Source: the human T2T-CHM13v2.0 reference genome, Homo sapiens
DNA length: 64,000 nt
Strand: one strand, 5' to 3'
Assembly: GCF_009914755.1 (NCBI RefSeq)
Contig: NC_060932.1
Part shown: positions 42,901 to 56,289 of the stretch, one piece after another
Layout: each line of letters begins with the position of its first letter
Position numbering within the stretch: position 1 is the stretch's first letter
Notes under the pieces: generated by a model
The model's database searches: none
Seen by the model: only the letters and a program-made list of their open reading frames with translations
Told to the model about the DNA's origin: nothing
Position numbers and translations under genes: made by a program

Positions 42901-43360
42901 ATTTTTATTTATTTATTTTTTTTTTATTATACTCTAAGTTTTAGGGTACATGTGCACATTGTGCAGGTTAGTTACATATGTATACATGTGCCATGCTGGT
43001 GCGCTGCACCCACTAATGTGTCATCTAGCATTAGGTATATCTCCCAATGCTATCCCTCCCCCCTCCCCCGACCCCACCACAGTCCCCAGAGTGTGATATT
43101 CCCCTTCCTGTGTCCATGTGATCTCATTGTTCAATTCCCACCTATGAGTGAGAATATGCGGTGTTTGGTTTTTTGTTCTTGCGATAGTTTACTGAGAATG
43201 ATGGTTTCCAATTTCATCCATGTCCCTACAAAGGATATGAACTCATCATTTTTTATGGCTGCATAGTATTCCATGGTGTATATGTGCCACATTTTCTTAA
43301 TCCAGTCTATCATTGTTGGACATCTGGGTTGGTTCCAAGTCTTTGCTATTGTGAATAGTG
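42901..43360 (-). mobile_element. L1HS-Ta, 5'-truncated (about 460 bp), 14-bp TSD
   Basis: Ta diagnostics: ACA in GATGACACATTAGTGGG and G in CCTAAAACTTAGAGTATAAT. TSD TAGGGCCTTGTTTT at 42887-42900 and 43361-43374, ending in a TTTT/AA endonuclease site. Confidence 0.96.
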
Positions 43361-46300
43361 TAGGGCCTTGTTTTAATGTCAAGGTTTATGTGGAACTGAG
43401 GAGCTGTGGGTCCTTAGAACTATATACCATAAACCTGAGGTTACTTCACTGGCAACAAAACACAATTAACTATAGACACAAATATAGTAATACTTCTCCT
43501 TTATATTTGTTGCTTATTTAAAATTTTTGCTTTTAAGCTATGGTATTCATGTATTTAATAAGACATACTCTATTTTACAAAAAATATTAAGTTCATATTA
43601 TGCATTTGGATTTTCTTTAAAAAAGGTAGCCAAAAAAGCAAAGGGGTTGTCTCAAAAGATATTGCAGAAGCTGTGCATGTTTCTACACAGCACCAGCCAA
43701 AACTCAGTTAAAAAATTGGAGAAAAGCATAACTCTCTACCCTGCATCGCAAATCAGCTGAGGTTTAGGAAATGTTAAATGAAATGTCTCCATCTGCTATA
43801 TCAAGAAGAATAACAATACCTGTAATTGCCAACACCAATAATACCCTTGAAAAATAGTCTTTACATATCATCTCTATTTCTTTTCTATACAATTATCTTC
43901 TCAATGTGATCTGACTTTAAGTAGCTGCACTCTATTGAGATAAGTCAGATTACTAATCTCACAAACCCCCTGGAGATTTTTTGTCATCCTTCTTAGCTTC
44001 TCAGAGCAGCTGGAACATACCCACCTCTTGTCTTTTCTGTGGGGCCATAACCCTGTTATCTCTTTCCACTCCTTCTCAGATCTTTTAAGGTCCCATATTT
44101 CTCTGATCTATTGTGTTGTTTGGAATTGCATGCACATCACTCTTGTGTTTTGGAAGGTATGCAGTCCCTGAAAATTGTAGCTACACATTATAGGGTTCTG
44201 CTATATAGGAAAAGAACATCAGCTTTAGTATCAAATAGACTTTACTAGGGTTTCAGAGGAATTATTGTCCACATGAATACTAGATTCATCCAAGAGTTTA
44301 ATTATAATTCAGAGTAGATATGTGAGTCAGGAAGTTAAGCTCCTATGAGGAACTAGGAGCCTGGCCTGAATAACTGAGTAAAGGAAAGGCATTATGAGGC
44401 TGAGAGAAAACAAAAACAAATAAACAAAATGGCCTGATGTTTTCATGTGTTTTTGAATTGATTAGTAAAAGGTATACATGGAATTCACTGTTCACATATT
44501 TCAAATAGACTTTTGTCATTAAACTGTTTTGATTTACAGATGGTTTAGGTACCCATATATTTTTGATACTTGATTGCTATAACTCTAGAATTTATATCCC
44601 TAGAATTATATGCATATTTTAAGGTAGAAGCATTTTTATTTAATGTTGTTGGGATACAAATCATAGGTTAATAAAAAAAAAGTTAAAGCAGGATATCAAA
44701 AATTCTGTAAAGGAATAAATACATAACTTAAATATTGTATTTTATCTTAAGATGTGTAGATGCATAGCCCATTCACTAATCTTATGATATAGACTCAAGA
44801 ACTTTTCTTTAAACATCTAATAATTGTAATTATTTCATTATGTCTTCTTTGTACATAATTCATGATACATAGTTTCTTATCATTCCAAGTTGAAAAAACT
44901 TGAGTAAAAATTAGAGACACCAGTTAAGCAATCTTAGTTTGAAAACTCTTAATTTGTCTATTGTTAATTCTATTACTTTTCTATTATTTTCTACTTTTAA
45001 TTATTTTATATTAATGGCTTCCTATTTTTAAAGATATCTTGTCCACACCTAATTCAGGCAAATTTTTAGTAACTCATCCTTAAGTTTTCTCTAAGCATTC
45101 AAATTGGTTTTTGTACAAAAAAAGTTCATTGTTTATTTATTGACATTTCATCAAGTTACATATATACACACTAAAAGTATCCCAATAAGCCTAAGAAGTT
45201 TGTACTAAATACAATTGATTCTAAATAAGCATGAATATGAACTGCTCGGAACAAAATTATTCAGACAATATATGTGGTAGTCTGCTAAACAAAATAGCTT
45301 ATTGCACTATAGAAACAGTTCAGTATATTTTATCAAAGAAATGAAACGTATTTGTTAGTCCAGTTGGTTGATTAAATAGAGGATTGATGAAAAGCACCTT
45401 GTATTTTGTCTGATTATTTCCACAACTGAAATTGTTGGTTTCTACAATAATTACTAATATATAAATGTGTAATGAAGCAGTAGGTATTAAAAAGCAGTTG
45501 AATAGGCCTATTACTACTGCTTATTTCCAATTCTTCCCTGTATCATGAAAATGAAAAGGCTGGTCAAATGAACCATATCATTAAAATATTACATATTTAC
45601 TTTATATTCAAATGCTCCCTTTTGTTTGACAAAAATCTAGGTGTAACTGTTGAGGAAAAGCCAGACACATTTGTATTGTCTCTTTCTAAGCTGCATATTA
45701 TATTGAGCCATTATTTAAGCTATTTAATAGTATGTATGGTATAACCTATGGTCTGGAAATTTGTTTTGCAAAGCTATATATATATTATCATTTAATTAAT
45801 CTGAAAATACACAAAAGTATTTTCCGCTTTTATAGGTGACTTACATATGTAAATATAAAAGGAGTTATGCTTTATTATATAATATTGATTACTGATTATA
45901 GTTTTGTTAAAGGCTAACTTATAAGTAAGAGTTAATTTGCATCATATTTTGACTGTTTACATACACATTTTTTAAATGTTTCCAGAAAGAAAAAAAAAAT
46001 TCAAATGTTTCAATCACATTCCCTACAAATATTTTACATTTGAAGTTTTCCTTCATTTTACTGGTAAAGCATCCAGCTAGAAAAATAAAAAGTAAAAAAA
46101 AAAAGCAAAACAAAACTTTACCATTCACAGTGATAGAATTGAGATTAGAATTCAGGTTACCTGATGCCTTTTAAGTTTGCATTACAGTAACAGAACATTT
46201 TTCTCTCTTTCATAGTACTTTCTATTTAACTAATATTGTCATTGCTGTGTCAAGTTATTTATCCAAAGGTATCCTCACTTCATGGATATTTATTTAGAAA

Positions 46301-46736
46301 CTGTATTGATTTAAAACAGATACTACATTTTATACTAAAAATAGCATGCACAATCTTTAATATCTACTTTAATTACTGCATTTTCAGATTTATATTTAAT
46401 TTGCTAATGAAATAGTGACAAGATTCATGTCAAGCATGCTACTTATACACTTGATTTCCTTTGAAAATTAAAACTCTGACCTGAAAATAAGCACACTGTT
46501 CAGGGATACCATCTTGTTAGTTTAGTTGTTAGTTACCCGCTGTTCTTAATAAATCAGTCTGCAAACTACTGATCCATGTTACTGCATTTTTACCTCTCTA
46601 TTTGTTGGAAACATGTGCCTACAAACCAAACATAACTCTATTTAGTTTGTCAAATTGAAGATATCCTATCTACTTCAGGTGTAAGTTATGTTTACAGATA
46701 TTTAAAGCAAAATAAATATCAGTAAATGTAATATCA

Positions 46737-46762
46737 GAATTATGATTTTCAAATCATAATTC
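46737..46762. repeat. Perfect 12-bp inverted repeat with 2-nt loop
   Basis: GAATTATGATTT-TC-AAATCATAATTC. Confidence 0.85.
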
Positions 46763-46850
46763 ACAATGAATTCAAATATTTTTAATATCAGCAAATAGAT
46801 GATAGTAATAGGTGATACAGTATTATTAAGTTTTATAATACAATAAAATT

Positions 46851-47070
46851 CCTTTAATATATTAAAAGGACTATAATAAATAGTAAGGTCTAAGCAATGA
46901 ATTTTAGGAAAACCTTTTAGTATATTAATAATAGTCCTTTAATAATATATTAAAGGACTCGCCTAAAATTCATTGCTTAAACTATACTATTTATTATAGT
47001 TACAATGACAGAAACTTGCCTAAAATTCATTGCTTAAACTATACTATTTATTATAGTTACAATGACAGAA
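46851..47070. repeat. Fold-back inverted duplication plus 57-bp tandem duplication
   Basis: 46870-46908 is the reverse complement of 46962-47000 (36/39). 46961-47013 is identical to 47018-47070. Internal hairpins at 46851-46869 and 46933-46959. Confidence 0.9.
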
Positions 47071-48288
47071 GCTTATTATAATCAGTATATTTTAAAATCA
47101 TTTCAGTGGTTTTACATGAACCATTTGCTTTGTGTTTATTCTCAAACATTGTTGAGCACCTTAGGTAGTAACCTTAAGAAATCCTTGAATTCACAGATTA
47201 AATTAAAACTGTATTTATGAATACAATTAGTAAGTACCCATTTGGCCCCATTTTGTCCATTTCATTAAAATATATAGAGAGAGATATTGTCTTTTCTATG
47301 TTTAATATATAACTTATTTAACATGTTCACAGAGCAAGCAAATCATGAGGCAATAAGAAAAATAAATAAATTATGCAAAACTTGGGGTTTTTTAAAAGGA
47401 CTTTTTAAATTAATTCATTTATTTAAGATCTACTTCACTCTCCAAATGTATTTGACACTCTTAACAAAAACGAAAATAATACAGCAGGATAAAACTAAGC
47501 TATTGAGGAAATTAGTAAAGGATAATTAATAGGAGAATAAGATAAGGCCACCCAGTGGTGAGCTATAGCCAACAGGTAGCTTGAGAGAGCTGATTCTGTT
47601 CATTTCTTTGTAACTCCATGTTCAGTGATAGCAGGTTAGTAGCTTGGTTGATCATAAAATTAAACATGCCACAAATAACAAATTACGGCTTTTTCTTTTC
47701 TTTTCTTTTATTTATTTTGGAAGACAGGGCTTAGCAGTACATCACTGAAGCCATTCTGTCTCTGAAAATATCTCCTAGAAGATATCCTGAATCAACTCCA
47801 TTATATTGACAAAAGATTGCTGAATATGACAAAAATATGTGTCACAGATTAGCACCAAGATAAATTTAGCTTGAATACTTTTAAAGAAAAACAATTGATA
47901 CTTTTAATAAGTATGCATGGAACAATTAAATTATGTGGTGTTCTGTTGTATCTACAAAAATAGTGAAAATATACAGCTATATAGTTGACAATATTGTTGG
48001 TAATCTGGAGTTATAAATGAGCTAATTAGGTATAAATGTATATCAAATACAGTGCTTTGGGCTTGCTTGGATTGTACTAACCTATATTATTTTGCAATAA
48101 ATAAGTAACTGAATAAATTGTTTGTTGATTTCAGCCTTAGGTTGTGACAAAAAAATACAAAACAAAATATTAGTTTAGAGAAGACGTACCTTGCTATTTT
48201 AAGTTCTAAGTACATGAAAGTTATAAGTACATGAAAAAGCTGTTTCAGATGATTAAAGTCCAAATAAGAGGCAAGGCATGGGGAATAA

Positions 48289-48606
<318 letters not shown>

Positions 48607-49040
48607 AAAACAGCCTCATGTTTTAAAAAATTATCTGGTCTTTATCATATGTCATTCCTTCAGACCCTCCATTATGATGTCAGTGAAGGTTATGGGCATC
48701 ACAGCATTAGTAGCTGAAGTTATTAATTAGGTTCACAAAACTTCAAGTCAATAGTTTTTATATCACATGTAGAATGTACATGATATATTAGTATTGGTAT
48801 CTTTTAATGAAGGTGTATGTTCTACAGTATACAAATACATTACAGTTATATTTTATATTATTTATTATATTGCTCCATATTATATACCATATTGGGTATG
48901 TAAATATGAATGCTTTATACAGTGATAAATAAACAAATGGCAATGCATGCTCTGCTCAATTTTTTTTTTTCTGAGAGGTGTGCACAATAAAAAAGTTTGG
49001 AAACCCTTATTCTTGCTCTTGTCTCAAGGTCAAAGACCCA

Positions 49041-49088
49041 AGAAAAAGAAAAAAAAAAAAAAGAAAGAAAAAGAAAGGACAAAAAAGC
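49041..49088. repeat. A/GA-rich low-complexity tract
   Basis: agaaaaagaaaaaaaaaaaaaagaaagaaaaagaaagg. Confidence 0.8.
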
Positions 49089-50120
49089 GAGACAAATTGT
49101 TTGGTATATTGTGCTATAGATTAGTAGGTTAATTATTAATGATAAAATAGGTCTAAATTTGTACAGTATATTGTTCTGAGGACTTTAGAACTCTAACGTA
49201 GAGCACAAAGAGAAAAAGTGTTTTTGAATATTAGGTGGAGGCTTCATCTGTAGTTTGTTATGGAGTATGAAGAGGAGAGGGTGAGGTATGGAAGTAGAGG
49301 ACTTCAGTTAAAAAAAAAGAAAGAGAAGAAAACAAATGATGAGAATGATTAGATCGACTACCTCTAAATGATGAATAATTCTAAAGATTTGTTTCACCAA
49401 TCAGTAAGTGAAAATTTTAGTTAGCATAAGAGAATTCTTTTCAGTGGCTTTTAATTTCTGCCTTTTAAATTAACTGTGTCCCAGATTCCAGCTCTCAATA
49501 CATCAGAGAAAAATATACAGTATACCTCATTTGGGCTAGTATTCCTGCTATAAATCTGAAAAAACAAGCTTCTCAAATATCAATCATGCATATCATAAAG
49601 GGGGATAAATCAGAATCTGGTCTCATTTATGACTCTAATTTACAAAGCAAATTTATAGTATAAGAAAAAGATCTGTTAGCAAAAGTTCTCTAACATCATG
49701 GACTATCTCTAGAGAAAGTAGAGCTAGAAAAAAAACAGATATCATTGGTTAAAATTCTCATATAGGATGGGACTAAGAAAATATTGCTTTGTAAGTCTAA
49801 TATGCTATTCCATAATACATTAGATCAGGAGTAGGGTGGGAATGATGCCATTTTGTTTATTTCTAAAGGAAGAAAACAGCCTAATTTGGATTAAGTAATA
49901 TTAAGAACTAAAACCTGAAGAATCATTTTTAGAGCCTCCTGGTAATTCAAGATTGATATTTGCTCCCTTTTGAAATGACAAGTGAAGAAAAAGAGAATTC
50001 CAATATTTTTTGTCTTCTTTTTCTCTGAAAATTTCCTTGGGAAAACAAGGGCTATGGAAAATGGTGAAATGGAAATTTTAAATTCCCTTTTATACTTACA
50101 TTCTACTAAGATCCAGACTT

Positions 50121-50184
50121 CCTCTTTTCTTTGTAAATTGTCCAGTCTCAGTTCTTTATAGCAATGTGAGAATGGACTAATACA
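50121..50184 (+). mobile_element. MST/THE1 LTR 3'-terminal fragment
   Basis: cctcttttctttgtaaattgtccagtctcagttctttatagcaatgtgagaatggactaataca. Confidence 0.8.
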
Positions 50185-50422
50185 GTACATACTACAGTGC
50201 AAGAATCGAAGTTAGTGTAAGCAAAAAAATTACTGATTCCATTACAAACTTCTTAGACATATGAAATGTCTTCAGACTATTCATAATTATCAATCCTACT
50301 GAGAGCAGACTAGTACGGAATGGACTGAAATTGCAGCATAGATATTTAGGATCCATTCATGAATGCCTCAGTCCTTAAGCTTTGTGAAGTTCTAAAATTT
50401 ATATAGTGTAAAGCTTGAAATA

Positions 50423-50501
50423 TTAGGTTGGTGCAAAAATTATTACAATTTTGCCATTGAACACAATAGCAAAAACTGCAATAACTTTTGTACCAACTTA
50501 A
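50423..50501. mobile_element. MADE1 (Hsmar1-derived mariner MITE) with TA TSDs
   Basis: TA|TTAGGTTGGTGCAAAA...TTTTGTACCAACTTAA|TA, a palindrome of about 80 bp. Confidence 0.9.
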
Positions 50502-51659
50502 TATGTCAAGTATGCCTTAATTGAATGCATTCTTAGCACAGGTTCAGACAAATTGGACACTAAAATATTTATAAGTTGACGGAAAATTTTACAGCAGAAA
50601 GTAACACTCAAAAATAGTGACTTATTTTGTTTTTTCCAATATATTAAAAATACTTCTCATATGTTTTTTATTTCTTATAAGTTCAGCACCAAGAAAAGAG
50701 TGCTAGCAGTGGTTAATGCATGGTGTGCTTAGGGTATGAATGAGTTAATATCGCTCTTTAACTTGAAGATAATAAATGGTCTGAGCAACTCTCCCATAGC
50801 ATTATCCTAAAATCACCAGGGCAACATTCTGCTTCAGTGGTTTAAATGTGCCCTGGTGGTTTGAAACATAATTGCACTGCTCTGGACACCTAATTGACTA
50901 CAAGGGACTGACTTAGGTACTTTGAATAAAATTTCATTACTTTAATTATTGTTCAGTGAGGTGTTCCAATGTTTTAAAACAAACTGTTCATGTGAAATTT
51001 TGTTTCTGTGGAAAAATGCTGTATAAAAAGAGTTCTGTATAAAATACCAACTTTTGAGTGAAGTTAATAATTTCATGTGCATTTTTAGTATAATAATCTT
51101 TAGTCATAAAGCATATTTAGTGAATACTACTGTGAATTCTCGATGACAAACAGCCAAATGTCAAAAAGCAAAATATTTGGACAATTGAAAATAAGGAAAA
51201 TAATAACAGCTAAAACGTACTGGGACCATAATGAGCTTTTCATCATGTAACCTTATATTCCAATGAGATGGACATTAATATGCTAATTTTAGAGACTCCT
51301 GCACAAGAGAAATGTTGCTGTGATTGGTCAGATCCAGAGCCATTTATTGGAACATTTCTCTATGATGGGCAGAGTAACTATGATTTAAAGTCTCCAAACC
51401 AGTTTTCATATCTTTCCTATCTATTCTTTTGTGGTAAACACACCTAGCCCTTAGGACTGTGCCAACAATCATCTTTGTGTACCTGGTTAGAAATGTCAAC
51501 TGGCAACCTTCTCCACAACAGCAATTTTACACTACGGAAGTACAAATTAAGAGGTCCTATTAGATGACCAGAACTAAGCCTTCTGTACCAGAAAAGCTCC
51601 CTATTATACCTAAAAGCAACCTGGTCTTTCTCAATTGTTAATAAATAGCATAATTTATT

Positions 51660-51790
51660 TTCTATTTGACTGTTGATGTTCTTGCTATTTTTTCTTCTAT
51701 TTGTGTTGATGTTCTTGCTATTTTTTTCTTTTATTTCACTGTTGATGTTCTTGCTATTTTTTCTTCTATTTGACTGTTGATGCTCTTGCT
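51660..51790. repeat. Minisatellite, unit of about 35 bp, about 3.7 copies
   Basis: Unit TTCTATTTGACTGTTGATGTTCTTGCTATTTTTTC with small indels. Confidence 0.92.
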
Positions 51791-52444
51791 GGTTTTATGG
51801 CTGGGAAATGAAAAAATTCTAGCGAGACAAATTCATCTGCAAATCTTAACAGCTATGATGTGAGTCTCACTATTTAATTCTGTATAAGGATAAACAGGTA
51901 AGGAAACAGTTACTAGGGAGTTAAGCAACTTAACCAAGGTTTCAAGTGAACAAAAACAAACCAAAAAAAAAGGAGGATTAGAGACGACAAACGATTTTCT
52001 GATATATATGAACTTCTTACCTCCCTGCCAAAAAAAACCACACAAATGTTATTAAGTTCCCTAATTTGCTTCAAAGTGGGCTTTAATTTTGTACTATAGA
52101 ATAGGCTATTTTAAACTTGGCACACACAACGCTGCCTAGTAGATTAGACTATAAATATATGCCCACTCCATTCTATAGAAATCCTTCTACAGTGAAGGAA
52201 ACAAACACAGCAGAACATAGCAAATTTCTGGGTTCCACTGTCTGCAAGTTTGGAACAACATGTCTTCTCTTTCAGTGCCCACTAAATTCTGGTGCTATCT
52301 GTCTGATTAGTGTTATAGTTATATAGTAATATGGGATTATAACTAAAAATACCCTATTTATTTTAAATTCCATGAATGTAAACTTGGATAGATAATTTAA
52401 AGTAATTTAAACACTTTTTAACTGTTAGAATTCTGTTTGAATTC

Positions 52445-53320
52445 AGTGAACAAAAATCTGACTTACAGTGGCCCTAATGAATAGATATTTATTGATCTTA
52501 CATAGCAAGATGTCCAGATGTGGGCAGTAATGGGATGGTATAATTGCTCAAAGTGCCTTAGAAGAAAGATTTCATGAGTACTTCTTACTTTCCAATACTC
52601 CTTCCCTTCCAGGGCACATTGAAAACTGCAATTTCTCGCCCTCTTGCAGTTAGGCAGGTTCATGTAACTAGTTCAAGACAACAGAGTACGGGTAGAAGAC
52701 ATGCCACTTTCAAGTTAAGGCAGTGAAAAGCCCCTTTATGACTGTCTTGCTGTATCCACCTGCTTCCCTTAGAAGCCATGTTCTGTAACTGCACAGACAA
52801 AATAGCAACAGTCTAGGTGCCTGGGTCACTACTTAAAAGGCAGTTGCCCAAGAGAGGAGCCAACACTGCAACTCACTTTGTCTAACTGAGAAACACACCT
52901 TTGTTTACTAAGCCACTGAGATGCTGGAGTTAATTTGTTTCACTCCATTCCCTAGACCCTGACTGACTGATGCATGATGATGGCTTTCATTATCATTCTT
53001 GCAGTAAGATAATTGTTACACTTCTAGCCACATTTAGCACTTTTTAGGCAGAAAGGTAGGGGAGAAGGTGGAGGAGAAATAGCCAAAGGAATTTCTACCA
53101 CGTATGCTTTTTAAAAATTTATCTCCAAGAGGGCAAAATCAGTGACTTGTACATAAATTCCACAGGCCATAACTCTTTCATATGGTCATTGTTGCTGCAT
53201 GGGAGTGTTTAAAGGTAAATATATTTAACTGAATACTATTCCACCTCTAAAAAATCATTTGTTAGTAAAAAGAATGAGAAAATTGGTGGCATTAAGTAGT
53301 ACATCAATAGTGTCTGCCAT
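52445..53320 (-). mobile_element. MLT1 (MLT1K-like) LTR with a nested second MLT1
   Basis: tacagtggccctaatgaatagatatttatt...cttacatagcaagatgtccag; ends atagtgtctgccata. Confidence 0.55.
52575..52973 (+). mobile_element. MLT1 (MLT1J/I-like) LTR nested in the above
   Basis: gccctcttgcagttaggcaggttcatgtaactagttc...cctttgtttactaagccactgagatgctggag...cctgactgactgatgca. Confidence 0.65.
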
Positions 53321-53349
53321 AATCCTGGTAGAATTTTTCTCACATAGTC

Positions 53350-55435
53350 ACTGCTTTTGTGTGGGGGGAGGGGGTGAAAATACTTAAGATCTATCATCTT
53401 AGCAAATTGTAGTGAATATACAGTACAGTATTGTTAGTCATCATTACCATGCTGAACATTAGATTTCCAGAACATATTCATCTTGCATAAATGAAACTTT
53501 GTACTCTTTGACCAACAACTCCCAATTTTTTCCACCTCTGAACCCCGGCAACCACCATTCTACCCTGTACTTCTATGAGTTCAACTAGTTTAGATTCCAA
53601 ATATAAGTGAGACCATGCTGTATTTGTCTTTCTGTGTCTAGCTTATTTCACTTAGCATAATGTACTCCAGATTCACCCATGAATAGTGATGCAATGAACA
53701 AGGGAGTATAGGTATCTCTTTAACATTTCATTTTATTTCCTGTGGATATACACTCAGATGTGAGATTGCTGGATCATATAGTAATTCTACTTACAATTTT
53801 TTGAGGAACCTCCATACTATTTACCATAAAGAGCATACCAATTTACATTTCCACCAACACTTACAAGAATGCCCCTTTTGTCCACATCCTGGCCAATACT
53901 AATCTTTTGTCCTTTATCTAATAGCCATTCTAACAGATGTGAGGTCATATCTTATTGTGGTTTTGACTTGCATTTCCCTGGTGAGTAGTGATGTCGAGTG
54001 CCTTTTCCTAAACTTCTTGATCATTGGTATGTCCTCACTTGGGAAATATCTGTTCAAGCGTTTTGCCCATTTAAAAAAAAATCACTTATTTGTTTTTGTT
54101 TTAGTTTTGCTACTGAGTTTTGAAAGTTTCTTATATATTTTGGATAGTAACCCTTTGCCAGACATATGGCTTGAAATATTTCTCCTCGTTCTGCAGCAGG
54201 GAGTTTCATTTTATTGATTATTCTCTTTGAGGTGCAGAAACTTCAGTTTGGTATAGTCCCAATTGTTTATTTTTGCCTGTGCTTTCAGTGTCATAGCCAA
54301 AAAAATCATTGCACATATCGAAGTCAAGAAGCTCTCTATGTTTTCTTCTAGTAGTTTTATGGTTTCAGGTCTTAGAGGTAAGTCTTTAATACATTTTGAG
54401 TTGATATTTGCATATGGTGTGAGATAAGGATCCAATTTCATTCTTCTTCGTGTAGATACATTTTTTTATATCACTTGTTGAAGAGATATTTCTTTCCCCA
54501 TTGTGTGTTCTTGGCAACCTTGTCAAAGATCAGTTGAATGATGATTTGTAAATTGATTTTCTTGTCTATCTATTCTGTTCCATTGTCTGTTTTTATGGTA
54601 GTTATATTATTTTGATTACTGGATATTTGTAATATATTTTGCAATTAGAAAGCTTGATGCCTCCAGTTTTGTTCTTCTTGTTCAAATTGCTTTCAAACTA
54701 ATTCTTTGAAGTGGAGTCTTTCAGGGATCCATATCAATTTTATGAATTTTTTTCCATGTCTGTAATAAAATTTGTTAGATTTTAATAGGGTTTGAATTGA
54801 ATCTTTAGATCACTTTGGGTATTATGGGCATTTAAAAAATATTTGCTGTTTCAATTCATGAACTCAGGAGATCTTTTCATTTATCTGTGTCTTCTTTAAT
54901 GTCCTTCATAAACATAATTTTAGTGTACAAATATTTAACCTCCTTGGTTAAGTTTATTCTTAAATATTTTATTATTTTATTGCTATTGTAAAGGAGATTT
55001 TTAAAAATTTCCTTATCATATGGTTTGTTGTTTCAATATAAAAATGTAACTAATTTTTGCATGTTGATTTTGTATTCTGCAACTTTACTGAATTTGTTTT
55101 TTCATTCTAACAGATAATTTTGGTGAGAACTTAGGGTTTTCTATGTATATAATCATATCATCTAAAGCATTAATTTTACTTCTTCTTATTTAGATGTTTT
55201 CTTTTTTTTCCTTATCTAATTGCTCTGTCAAGGACTTCCAGTACTTTGTGGGACAGGAGTAGTGCTAGTGGGCATCCTTGTATAAGATCTTAGAGGAAAA
55301 GTTCACTGTGTTTTTTTCATTTCCCCCATTGATTATGATGTTAGCTGTGGGTCTTTCATATATGGTCTTTATTTTGCTGAGGTAAATTTCTTCTATATCT
55401 GTTTTGTTTAGATATTTTAAATTACGAATGGATGC
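53350..55435 (-). mobile_element. L1MA8/9-like 3' end plus ORF2, with an internal deletion
   Basis: aatacttaagatctatcatcttagcaaat...accatgctgaacattagatttccagaac. The reverse ORF 54211..54441 (MKLDPYLTPYANINSKCIKDL...PETIKLLEENI) is L1 ORF2. Confidence 0.88.
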
Positions 55436-56289
55436 CCACTAATTTTCTTTGATCTCATCTACTACTACAGCATCAATTATAATTTCCAACAGTTATTCTC
55501 AGTCTCGCTTGAATTCTAAATATCTTCTACCAACAATTTCCCTTTTGGTAATCTTTCAGTAAGTGTGTACTCAAATAATCATTTTTTATATCCAATTCCA
55601 CCTTTTCCTATACTCTTCATTTCATTTAAAATCAGGAAATTTCAAGACATGCCCAGTTTCTCCATGTTCTTTATCCTGTCTTACTTCTAGCTGATGAGCA
55701 AATTTCAAAGGCTTTTCAGTAAATCAAATTTAAATCATTCTGTTGGTCTTTAACCTGGGTACAACTTAATTGATTCTTGTTCTTATCATCACCCACGAAC
55801 ACTAAATTTTCAAGCTTCTGTGCTGGCATTCTTGCACACATTCACTCCATCCTTACTCAACAATAACAATGATTCTTACAACTCTAAGTCTGACTTTGTT
55901 ACTGATCTATTTCAAATCATTATTCATACCCCCAAGGAAAAAAACCTTCAGAAAAAAAAATGCATTACTAAATATATCAAATTCATTATAATCAGGAAAT
56001 CTCTCCCGAATTTTCCTTTTTATGAACCAAAGAACATGCACATTTATCCATATGAAATTTCTTTGCAATACTCTTTGAGATACTATTTGAGATTCAACAT
56101 ACTATTTCATCTTTTAGAGATTTTACAATTTATTTTTTCTATTGGGAGACACTTTTTCATGGAGCTGACTCGTTTCTGCACACCTGGTAAGTCAATACAG
56201 TGACTTTTTTTTCCGACTATCTTTTTAAGGATTTTTTAAAATTACAAACAGTTTTGAAATATGGAGTTCGTAAATTCTTTGATAAAAAG

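Noticed and set aside
48700-49010. Possible hAT-Charlie relic ending aaaaagtttggaaaccc
   Set aside because: Only one terminus-like motif is recognisable; too weak to call.
50846-50862. CTCF-like CCACCAGGGCAC on the minus strand
   Set aside because: Two G residues short of the CCACCAGGGGGCRC core, so the spacing is wrong.
51660-51790. 35-bp repeats resembling a CRISPR array
   Set aside because: Contiguous units without unique spacers, no cas genes, human intron.
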